Below, one piece after another: positions 1 through 11,500 of a stretch of DNA of 64,000 bases. How positions within the stretch are numbered: position 1 is the stretch's first letter; every line of letters begins with the position of its first letter. The notes under the pieces are model-generated. The model made no database searches and was not told the DNA's origin. It saw only the letters and a program-made list of their open reading frames with translations. Both the position numbers and the translations under genes were made by a program. The stretch is from Hormiphora californensis (Eukaryota > Animalia > Ctenophora), in assembly GCA_020137815.1 (NCBI GenBank), contig CM035354.1, positions 4,526,001-4,590,000 on the forward strand, written 5' to 3'.

Positions 1-351
1 GATTTGAAATAAATAAATATATGTGGGACCGGTGGGACACAAATATGGATGTACATACAGCTATAGAAAACGCAGCATCGATATAAACGCCAACACAGGA
101 TATTATTGAAATGTAGTGTAACGAGTGTGGAGAAAATAAGAAGAATCTCAAATGTGTGCTAAACAAGCAAGGGGGCAGGGGAGAGCACAGGAACATTCAA
201 CCAGAGGACGAATAATGAATATAGGGGCCATAAAGGAAGTGGAAGTGAAAGAGAGAAAGAGAGAGAAAGACCCATTTCGTTTTTTCTACAGTTATCTGAG
301 CTACCAAAGTACAGTGATTCAATTTGGATATGGGTCGTCCCTACACTTGAT

Positions 352-432
352 ACCAAACCAAACCAAACCAAACCAAACCAAACCAAACCAAACCAAACCA
401 AACCAAACCAAACCAAACCAAACCAAACCAAA
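352..432. repeat. (ACCAA)n pentanucleotide microsatellite
   Basis: About 16 perfect ACCAA units; explains the TKPNQ/VWFGL ORFs. Confidence 0.95.
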
Positions 433-657
433 CACTTGATGAGGCCGGAGGGGTAACCTTAGAGAGTCAAAAGTGTTAGGCGAACATTGTCACCACGAGA
501 GAAAAATAGATGATACCAAAAATTATCATTGATATTCTGATTTTGGCAAGTGGTAAATGGTCATGGTAATTTTTAGCGTTCTCTGCAGATACTAACCCTC
601 CACTTCCTAGATACGAGGGGACGGTTACCCCTGATACACTAACCCTCCACTTCCTAG

Positions 658-3600
658 ATACGAGGGGACGGTTACCCCGGATACGAGGATCAAGTTTATG
701 ACAGACGGTGTTCTCCTCCGGGAACTACAGACAGATTTCCTACTGTCAAAGTACTGTGTGCTGATTATCGACGAGGCACACGAGAGAAGTGTCAATACTG
801 ACATACTTATTGGTAGGTGACTGGACCATTGGACCCGTGAATTATGGGTGAAGTTCAATCAATAGTTAGCAGTAAATTTAATGACATTGTCTCCCCCTTA
901 TTTCACCAGAAAATTACCCACCCCACCTCCCAGGTATGCTGTCCAGAGTGGTACCCCTGAGACGAACCCGGGGCACTCCTCTCAAACTTATCATCATGTC
1001 TGCAACCCTGCGAGTCAGTGATTTCACGGCCAATACCACCCTGTTCCCGGTACCACCACCTGTTGTGGACGTGGGTGCTAGGCAACACCCTGTCACAATA
1101 CACCACGCTAAAGCCACCAAGACGGATTATGTGCGAGAGGCTTATGCTAAGGTGTGTAAGTTACACCGGAGTCTGCCCCCTGGGGATGTCCTAGTGTTCC
1201 TAACGGGTGTCCAGGAGATCAATAGAATGATGCACCTCCTCCGCAAGACGTTCCCTGAAACGCTTGCGGAGGGAGGAGGGGAGAAGAAGAAGGCTAATGG
1301 TGAGAAGGAGGGAGAAGAAGAGGGGTTAGTGAAGGTCGATTTAAGTAGTTATGATCCATATGAAAATAAAGATGACACGGTTACTGAACCGATAACGTCT
1401 GTACCAACTATTACTCCTGCTGAAGTTGAGGAGTTAGAGGAAGATTCAGATGATGAAGAGATTCAACCGAGTGCCCATGACAAATCCCTCCCCCTTCTCG
1501 TCCTACCTCTCTACTCCGCCCTTCCACCTGACCAGCAGGAGCGGGTATTCAAATCCCATTCAGAGGACAGGAGATTGGTTGTCATAGCAACCAATGTCGC
1601 AGAGACCTCTCTCACAATCCCGGGTATTAGTTACGTGGTAGACAGTGGGAGAGTGAAAACTAAAGAGTATTGTTCGGTAACCGGCATGAGTAGGTTTACT
1701 GTCGTCTGGGTATCTCACGCCAGTGCAGCCCAGAGGGCAGGTCGAGCTGGTCGAACTGGACCGGGGCACTGCTACCGGCTGTATTCTTCTGCAGTTATGG
1801 GCAATGTGATGGAGGAGCATACGGAACCAGAGATTTGTAAGAAACCTATTGATGGGTTGGTGTTACAAATGAAGAATCTAAATATTCATCGGATATTAAA
1901 CTTCCCCTTCCCAACCCCTCCCTCCCTCCATCTGATCAAATCTGCAGAACGGGAGTTACTCTTCCTGAAACTTCTCGAGGCGGCCAAGACGATAACCGGA
2001 ACGGGAGCTGAAGTTAACAAGATAACAGAGCTAGGTAGGAGTTGTGTTAACCTTCCCGTGGCACCCAGGTTCGCTAAACTCCTTCTACTAGCTGTAGACA
2101 GGGGTGTTCTCCCCTTTGCTCTAACCCTTGTTGCGGCACTATCCGTGGGTCACATCTTCACTGGTCCCATTCCACATCCCTTCAAACCACCTCCCGGACC
2201 CTCCCGACTTCTGGGCGACTTCATGGTATTGTTGAGCGCTGTTGGGGCCTGGGAACACGCGGGTGGAGGCCAGGAATGGAGCTCTAAACACCACCTCAGA
2301 CACCGTGCATTGGTGGAGGTGAGGCAGTTGAGGAGGCAGCTGGCTAATATAATGGGGGCCGCTCTGGACCCCCTCCAGAAACCACCCAATGCAGGGGAGA
2401 TCTTGGCACTTCGCCAGGTCCTGGCTGTGTGTCTGGGGGATCACGTGGGGGTGCTGGAAGAGAGGAAGGAGGGAGGGTGGTATAGCTGCGAGGCCATGGA
2501 GGAGCGGGTCACTGTTCACAAGGAGAGCGTGTTATTTGGTAAGTTAAACAAAAAACTTGCATTTCTTGAACAAAAATCAATAAATAATATTATTCTGATC
2601 TCAATATTGGAACGATATACATAGCAAGTTCTGGCTGGATCAAATCATATATGTTCAATTGCTATGATCTCCCCTCCCCACAGGATCCAACACTGAGTAC
2701 GTGGTCTACTGTACTCTGGAGGAGGTGGGAGAGTCTGTTAGGATGAGGGGACTACTTGGTATCGAGGAGCACTGGTTACCCTCCCTACTACCTGATAAAT
2801 GCACCTTTGGAGACCCCCTAGATCAGCCCCCACCAGCTTACTCCCCCGAAACTGGTAGGTAGACCCCCTAGATCAGCCCCCACCAGCCTACTCCCCTGAA
2901 ACTGGTAGGTAGACCCCCTAGATCAGCCCCCACCCGCCTACTCCCCTGAAACTGGTAGGTAGACCCCCTAGATCAGCCCCCACCAGCTTACTCGCCTGAA
3001 ACTGGTAGGTAGACCCCCTAGATCAGCCCCCACCCGCCTACTCCCCTGAAACTGGTAGGTAGACCCCTAGATCAGCCCCCACCCGCCTACTCCCCCGAAA
3101 CTGGTAGGTAGTGCGGTGTTTGCGGTTCTACATAGTATTGATGTAGCGTTGTTTACTTTAGTTGTCTATCTGCTATCAGTCGACGTCAAGTTTTAGACAA
3201 GTGTATTGTACTCTTATTATATCACCCACCAATTACCATGCCAGGTGAAGTTATGTGTACACGAGGGTGCACCTTTGGGGTTAGAGCCTGGACACTGCCT
3301 CCCACACGTGTGCCGTATCCGAGGGGAATGCAGAGATTCCGGGAGTTTGCTGCTGCAATCTTGGAGGCCAAGGTACAGTTATTGTATAGCCTCACAACTG
3401 CCTGCTGATTCATTTCGGTGACCATAAATTAGGGTTTCTGTAATATTTCGGTACCCAAACTCCCAGTTGATACCACTCGTCACTACGATATATTTTCAGG
3501 TAGTTAAAGGGGTGACCGATGATTGTCAGACGGTATTACTGGCTCGACCTGCAGTCCTCAGAAAAACATGGGCCACCCTCCAGCCACGGGCGGAAAATTT

Positions 3601-3906
3601 CCTAAAGCAGCTTGTAAAAAAGTGAGTTATTAAAATCTGAGTAAGAATTGTATAGATCTTCGTGAGACCGAATTGCGTATGAAAACTTGTTCGGTACGTG
3701 CAACAAAATACCTAAAGTGTTTCACTCCAGTTTAGTCTTCTACAACGTGTCAATTTGTTTTTAGAGATGTGGATACCCGAGATAAACTGATGAAAACATG
3801 GAAAGAAGAACCGACCTTCCTTCTTTCTGCCCTCTTACAGTGGCTACCTGAGTCTTTACACGCTAAAACGAAGGCTGCATGGCCACCTAAAGACAGTAAA
3901 TCTTAA
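658..3906 (+). CDS. DHX37: DEAH-box RNA helicase DHX37 (Dhr1/kurz orthologue), 5'-partial, spliced
   Basis: GT-AG exons ~658-812, 934-2538, 2684-2854, 3245-3372, 3500-3621, 3765-3906. They encode [75 protein letters not shown], an HA2 region and a DHX37-like C-terminus (KTWATLQPR...WPP), stop TAA at 3904-3906. Upstream exons lie outside the window. Confidence 0.93.
2811..3110 (+). repeat. 50-bp tandem repeat (x6) made of the DHX37 exon end plus donor site
   Basis: Unit agacccccctagatcagcccccaccagcctactcccctgaaactg|gtaggt; the first copy is coding. Confidence 0.93.
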
Positions 3907-4807
3907 TCTGACGAAAAGAGAACACTTTTACCGGCGTTTTAAATTCTGTTTTACTTCTGCACTTTTTAAGGAACTTTAATTTATTACCACGGGACCGTTT
4001 AGCATCTTGTTTCAGTTTTATCCCCGCACTTTACCATCCCTTCCACTTTACTCATCAACTTACCTGACTTGTTCGACCCTCTCTCTACGCCCCGCAAATG
4101 TAAAGGAGGGTTAGAACCACATTATACATGACTCTCAACTCCTCTACTAACTACCTTCCCCGTATGTAGCCATGTGTTCTCAACAACATAACAATCAAGT
4201 TGCCAGTTGTCTCATAGAAGACTGTCCTACGAAGGCCCGGTGCGGCTACGTGAGGCCGCGATGTTACAGTCTTACAGTCAGTGCCTGACAAGTTTCCAGC
4301 AGCTCAAAACATCTGTGGTCTCTCTAGAAGAATTCCAAGAAGCACTACAGGGATTATGGTAAGTTGTTACACCACTTGTGATGTAACACTGGCACCAGAT
4401 TCTGTCTACTAGCTGAGCTCTATTTCCCTTTTCTGTTTTCCCGGCTTCTTCTAAGTTCTAATTCTCTTCTCTATTTAGGGCCCAGCGATGAATGAGAGTA
4501 AAACAACACTTCAACTGAATGTAAGTTCTTTTCAATTTCAAGATGGGGGCGGGGAGGGGTTGAACTCAGTGGGCTGTCAGTTTATTTGATATATTTGATC
4601 ACTGCTATATAAGATATCTTAGTTTGGACATTGGTTACTGTTTATCTGTTGTCGGATACATATCTTGGTTATAATTTGTTGAGTTAGTAAGAGTCAAATA
4701 CAGCGGTAAGGCACAGCAAACACGCACAACCAAACATTACCAACCGTAAATCACACACAACTGCACTGACTAACTCGTGGTGGTGAATAATATTAGTCAA
4801 TTCTTAC

Positions 4808-5795
4808 CACATACTGCTGTTGTCCTGAAACAGTTTGAGCGTTAAAAGATGGAACTAAAATGGAACAAATTCGCTTTTCATTATTTTCTAAAGATAGGAT
4901 AGTTACCATTTGTTTTGGCAGACAGCGGACAGAGAGAATCGTATACTGCTAGTGACAGTGCAGTAACTGCCATCCACTACAGTCACTATCGCTCCCTCGC
5001 TCACTGGAAGATTAGAGTAATCCACACTTTGCGACCAAGCCCTGAATAATGCATAGATCTGTGGTATCTTCTTACTTTGCTATGTTTTTCAGTATTGATT
5101 GAAACGTGGTGTATGCACGTGGTGTCTGAACGTTTAATCAATATGGAATGGAATCACCACTAATTCACTCCTAAGATAACAATAACTCACGATGTATAGT
5201 AGCATTGTAACATCAGGTAGTCGTCAGGACAAGTCGCAGTTTGGGTACCTGGAATAATCTAATTTATAATCTAGATTCGGATACAACTTGGAAGCATACA
5301 TATCCACATTATATATAGATAGATGAAACATGTCTATTGTCTTTATTACCTCACCTGTTTTCCACTCCCCTGCAGTGATTAAGTACGTGTACTCATTTGT
5401 ATCAGGACTGAAATTACACTCCCGTGGTGTTCTACAAGTCGCCTTGACTGTGATGTGCTGATTAGACCGAGCAGACATTGAACAGACGCATTGACCGCTA
5501 GTGATCGTTATCCCATCCAGTATTGAATTCATTGCGTAAGGACAGGAACATTCAGTCGCCTGAAACATAGCTTGGATCACATTACAGCAAAGAATACTTG
5601 TTAGGAGTCTATTCCGGGTATTGTAGACTACTTAATCAACTAAAATCTGGAGTTATAACTAACCCAGTCGCCTTCTTTGCACGTTGCAGTTGCTTTGGCG
5701 TCATCCCAGATACCAGTGGAAGTTGCGGATACTTCATATTCACTGCTGCACCACACAGGGGACAGGGATACCGCAACCAATACCAATAGGAACAT
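4808..5795 (-). CDS. Putative secreted cysteine-rich protein, multi-exon; 3' structure uncertain
   Basis: ATG at 5795: MFLLVLVAVSLSPVWC (signal-like) SSEYEVSATSTGIWDDAKATATCKEGDW. Next exon ~5355-5559: ATECSCPYAMNSILDGITITSGQCVCSMSARSNQHITVKATCRTPREC...GEWKTG. Then ~5191-5248: TQTATCPDDYLMLQCYYT. Further candidate exons at ~4908-5004 (VTVVDGSYCTVTSSIRFSLSAVCQKQM) and ~4808-4824; the phases of the last exons do not fully reconcile. Confidence 0.6.
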
Positions 5796-6109
5796 GTACC
5801 CTGCTATGATGGGGGGGGGAGGTTATAAGGAACACTTCATGTAGGGGATGTAATACCTTATTCAAGTATAATAGGGATATATATAATCCCGGATAACTCG
5901 GATAATATATACTTTCAGGAATGCTATTCCAGCATATACCGAGCCGGAAAACTCCAGTAATCAAGCCCAGATATCTCGTATAACCCGGAAAGATCAGATA
6001 ATCAAGTCCAGATATCCGGGATTGTCCTCCGGGCTATTCTGAAAATACATATTCTCCGAGCTATCTGGGTTATCCAGGATTATACAATGTATAATCCTGG
6101 ATAGCAATT

Positions 6110-6187
6110 GGATGTTTGTAAGATCATTAGGGGGTATGTATATTATACAATATACATACCGGCCCCTTATGATCTTACAAACATCCA
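6110..6187. repeat. Short imperfect inverted repeat (hairpin/MITE remnant)
   Basis: ggatgtttgtaagatcat...ggtatgtatatt-atac-aatatacatacc...atgatcttacaaacatcc. Confidence 0.7.
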
Positions 6188-6530
6188 CATCTAAGAATTG
6201 CTAAGACGGATAAAAGAGTCCAACCAATGGCAACCAAAGAAAAGGCTAGAAAAGCTAAAACAAACAGGATACACTTATCGTGTGATCCACACTCACACTC
6301 TCTCACACACACACACACACACAACACACTCACATTTTCTAAAGCGATGCTTGCCAAACATAGAAAGGAAAACACGGACACCAGTGTCGGTGTGGTGTGG
6401 AGAAGAATGGGAGAGATGTATATATTGGCGTCTATTCAATGATCTTACACCTCCACAAAGCTATTGTTAGTATTGTCTTGGATAAGTCATAAGATAAATT
6501 ACTGTGCCCCTGCTATAACACCCCGGTCCC

Positions 6531-6652
<122 letters not shown>

Positions 6653-7609
6653 GCTGCGCCCTGCTCTCGCTTCTTATCTTCACCTTTCTCCTCTATCCGT
6701 CCTCCCTGTCTTCTCTGTTTCTTGTGTTCCGTAAGGTTTTTTGTCCCATTCTCCCGTCTCCTCCTTCGCGTGCGCTATTTTGAAAAATGAAATGGAAATG
6801 GCCACTGGCCAATGCTCTAAAATTTAAAGGTTTTATCAATCCCCCAATTGAACAAAACCGTCCTTATAACGTATTTAATTGGTTCATATGGAAAATTTAA
6901 ACCAAAACCAGATGTAGGCCCAAAGGATGTGCTTGGTAGACCTTTTTAATTATAAAGAGAGGGTAATCTAAAGGGGATGTTGAAGAATTAATCTTAGTTA
7001 TTAAACCCGCTTAAACCCCAAATTTAGAACTAACAACCCCCCTTCCCCAACTTTTAAAAAGAGAGAGGAAGGAAGGTAGGCAAGAAGAAAGAGCTCATGA
7101 TTATTCAAGCAGAGGTATGCAAGGAGGAAGAATATTAGCAGAGGCCCGGACACAATAGAGTGAACTAGCCCAAACGTACCCAACGAGAAGAGAAGGGGGA
7201 AGTTGGTCACTGCCACCACATCCTATCGGTTTCCCCCGGGCAAAGGGTCACACGGATTTACCTTTCCCACCCTTTCCCCTTGATCGATTTTCAGGTCGGT
7301 GGCCGTGGGCTAAGCGTGGTTTTGTCTCACCTGAAAATCCAAAATTTCCCCAAACAAAAAAACCTTTGGAGTCCCCTGTATTCCCCATTACTTTTCCCCG
7401 CCTTTTCCGGCAGGGTTACCCGTGGAACGGCCCCTTCAAAATTGGGACCCCCAAAATCCCCAAAAATTTCTTTTAACCCACAAAAATCATGAACTAACTT
7501 CCAAACCCCCTCCTTCCCTTATAGGGCACCCCTTCCAGAGGGAATAGTAAACCCCTAACCCAAACCCCTACCCCCTGAAAAAATTTTAACCCCCTCCCCA
7601 AATGGGGTC

Positions 7610-8530
7610 CCCCTTCCGAGAAAAATAGTATACCCCTTACCCGCGCCTGAGAGGATAGTTTTACCCCGCTCCACAGAGGATAGTCGCCCCGTTCCGGAGA
7701 GAGATAGTATACCCTTTACCCCCGCGCCTGAGAGGATAGTTTACCCCGCTCCACAAGAGGATAGTTGCCCCGTTCCGGAGAGGATAGCATACCCCTTACC
7801 CCGCGCCTGAGAGGATAGTTTACCCCGCTCCACAGAGGATAGTTGCCCCGTTCCGGAGAGGATAGTATACCCCTTACCCCACACCTGAGAGGATAGTTTA
7901 CCCCGCTCCACAGAGGATAGTTGCCCCGTTCCAGAGAGGATAGTATACCCCTTACCCCAGCAGCCTGAGAGGATAGGTTTAACCCCGCTCCACAGAGGGA
8001 TAGTCGCCCCGTTCCGGAGAGGATAGTATACCCCTTACCCCACACCTGAGAGGATAGTTTACCCCAGCTCCCACAGAGGATAGTTGCCCCGTTCCGGAGA
8101 GGATAGTATACCCCTTACCCCGCGCCTGAGAGGATAGTTTACCCCGCACCACAGAGGATAGTTGCCCGTTCCGGAGAGAATAATATACCCCTTACCCCGC
8201 GCCTGAGAGGATAGTTTACCCCGCTCCACAGAGGATAGTTGCCCCGTTCCGGAGAGGATAGTATACCCCTTACCCCGCGCCTGAGAGGATAGTTTACCCG
8301 CCTCCACAGAGGATAGTTGCCCCGTTCCGGAGAGGATAGTATACCCTTACCCCACACCTGAGAGGATAGTTTACCCCGCTCCACAGAGGATAGTTGCCCC
8401 GTTCCGGAGAGGATAGTATACCCCTTACCCCGCGCCTGAGAGGATAGTTTACCCCGCTCCACAGAGGATAGTTGCCCCGTTCCGGAGAGGATAGTTTACC
8501 CTGTTCCTGGGAGGATAGTTTACCCCGATC
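7610..8530 (+). repeat. ~78-bp tandem array (about 11-12 units) directly upstream of the retrotransposon
   Basis: Unit ccccttaccccgcgcctgagaggatagtttaccccgctccacagaggatagttgccccgttccggagaggatagtata, itself three GAGGATAGT sub-repeats; it degenerates at both ends. Confidence 0.92.
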
Positions 8531-11500
8531 CAGTTAGATCATAATGCTTCACATATATGTCCCCGTTCCAGATCCACCATATAGACATATAGATACACAC
8601 CCGTACGCTGAAAGTGTCGGTTCGTGCTGAAAAGCTGCAAGGATGGCCGGGTAAACCATCCACTAACGGACCAAATGTGGCGGTGGGATTCCGTTACCGC
8701 TGTGCACCGGTGGCAGTGTTAAGACCCCCAAACCCGGCTCTTCTTCTAACAAACCGATGACTATGTATACACAGTGATTGGTTTGAAACTCACCCCCAAA
8801 CTTACTCATCTTATTCGACATGAGTACTAACACCCGTAAACCAAGGAAGGTCTGGTCTAAGCAAGAGAACCTAGACTTGGTATACTGCTACTACAGCAGC
8901 AACCCAGGCACATCCGGATCCTGGAAGAGGCTCGAACGCCTATGGGAAGACAAGGGACACGACCCATTAACAGGTGCCAAACTCTCAAGCCAGTTCAGAT
9001 CAATAGAGAAATCTGGACACATGGTAACACCGCAGGAGATGGCTGATCAGCGAATGCTAGCAGGGCTAGCAGCATCTGGCCTAAACATACTCCCGGAAGT
9101 GGATCTCACGGTGAATGATAACACTGCGGGTCCGAGTACCTCGGCAAATGGGGACACCACCGATCCCCCACCACCACCCCCAACTAGAGCGCCACGAACG
9201 AAATGGACCACTGAAATGAACATTACGCTCGTGTTCATCCACTCGTACTCACAACCTGAAAAAAGAGGAGTATGGACCCGAGTGGAGGAAAGGTGGTCAA
9301 AGACAACCTACCCTTCCAAGACTGATGACCAGCTTAGATCCCAACTGAGATCTATAACTCAGTCGGGACTCCTTTCACCACAGAAGCTGATGGAAATCAG
9401 AACAGCGGCTGTAGCCGACCGTGAAGCAACTGAATCGGCACGACAGGCTGTGGTAGAGGACAACCCACCCCCAGAAACCATTGAACCCCCCACAAACCCA
9501 GTGGAAGAGGAAGAGGAAGAGGAAGAGGAAGGGCCATCACCGAACCCTGAAATCGTGGAGCAGTTCAAGAAACTACTCGAGGAACCAAGCTCCATCAAAG
9601 TCACCGACTTGAGGCATGTCCCCTGGGGGAAGCTACGAGTGGCGATTGACCGACTCAGCCCGGTAATCAAGTCCTTTGAAACTCCAGACCTTACCACACT
9701 GAACACGCTACTGATGGCCGTAGCCCATGTGGTCCGAGAACAGATGGGCGTGAAGGCACCAAGCGAACCCAACAACATCACCCCCAGAAGGAATAAACAA
9801 CCTATGTGGCTGCGACGACTCGAAGAGAGTGTCGCCAAGCTTCGCTCAGACCTCTCCAGGCTGACCGAAATGAGCAGAGGTGCCACCCACAAGTTTCAAA
9901 CTATAGATATTATCTATAGAAGATACCCGCTGCTGCCCAAGAAGGGCTATAAACAAGTTATAGAAGAAGTGAAGCAGAGACTGCTAGCGAAGGCCGGAAA
10001 GATTAAGAGATACAAGAAGAAGCAGCAGACATTCGTTGACAACAACCTGTTCCAGAACAACCAACGAAACTTTTACCGGAAACTGGAGAAACGTGGATCG
10101 GACCCCACGCCACTCGATTGTACTCCAGAAGACCAGAACAGGACGCTTAACTTCTGGAAAAATATCTGGGAAAACGAGGCTGGTCATAACACTGAAGCAG
10201 AATGGTTAGACGGAGTCCAGGAGAACTTTGAAACAGTCAGCCAACAGGAAGAGTTTCAGATCACCACGGAAAGAGTTGCAGCCCGGGTGAAAGGAATGAC
10301 CAACTGGTCAACCCCAGGTATAGATGGTCTCCACGCCTTCTGGATTAAACACACGACTTGCCTCCATGGTCGGATAGCTGAGCTACTCAATGACAGTCTC
10401 ATTACGAGTCAAGTCCCGGCATGGATGACTGAAGGCAGGACCTTCCTCCTGATTAAAGACCCCAAGAAGGGTATGTCAAACCCGGGGAACTTCAGACCCA
10501 TAACCTGCCTTCCGAACCTCTGGAAGCTGTATACAGGAATATTATCAGAGGACATCTACCAGCACCTCGATGTTAACGGGCTCTTTCCGGAAGAGCAGAA
10601 GGGGTGCCGCAAAAAGAGTCGAGGATGTAAAGAACAACTAGCAATTGACAAACTTATCCTACGTCATTGCAAACGCTCAAAGTCTTCCTTGTATATGGCT
10701 TTCATAGACTACCAGAAGGCATACGACTCGATCCCCCACTCCTGGATCCTTAAGTCAATGGAGATGTGCGGGATAAACCCTCAGATAATCCGACTATTCG
10801 AGTCATCATTCCAGCAGTGTGTTGTCAACATCGTCCAATCTGGCTCAGACTTAGGTAAAATACACATCAAGAGAGGCCTCTTCCAAGGAGACTCCGTCTC
10901 CCCTATTCACTTTATTATAGGCCTGATCCCCCTGTCCATGCTCCTAGCTGCCCAAGGAAGAGGCTACACCATATCTAACCCAGTAGCTCCAGACCCAGAT
11001 ATTAGTATCAACCACCGCCTATACATGGACGATCTTAAGCTGTATGCCAGCTCGAAAGAGGACCTTCAGCAGCTCTTAGCAGTCACTGAGAAGTTTAGCA
11101 CTGACATCAACATGTCCTTTGGTCTATCCAAGTGCGGAGCTCTAGACATTGTGGACGGAGTCAGAAGTCGGATGCAGGGAATAAGTCTACCAAGTGGAGA
11201 CAGAATACCCGAGGTGGAAGATGGAGGCTATAAGTACCTCGGCATCCTGGAGGTTGACCGTATTCTTCATCAAGAAATGAAAGCTAAGGTCAAAGCCGAA
11301 TACACCCGAAGAGTCAAGAAACTACTGTCCTCGAGCCTGCAAGGCAAGAACCTCATCACAGCAATCAACACATGGGCAATACCTGTGATCCGTTACGGTG
11401 CCGGAATACTGGACTGGTCCACTTCCGAAGCCAGTGGACTAGACATGATGACTAGGAAGATCCTGAGAAGAGGAGTCATCAAGAGCAACAGTGACATTGA

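Noticed and set aside
6790-7610. Possible gene or element upstream of the 78-bp array
   Set aside because: Homopolymer-inflated, low-quality-looking sequence with no interpretable motif.
7610-8530. Hammerhead ribozyme array or CRISPR in the 78-bp repeat
   Set aside because: CTGAGAG does not fit CUGANGA, there is no GAAA partner and there are no spacers.
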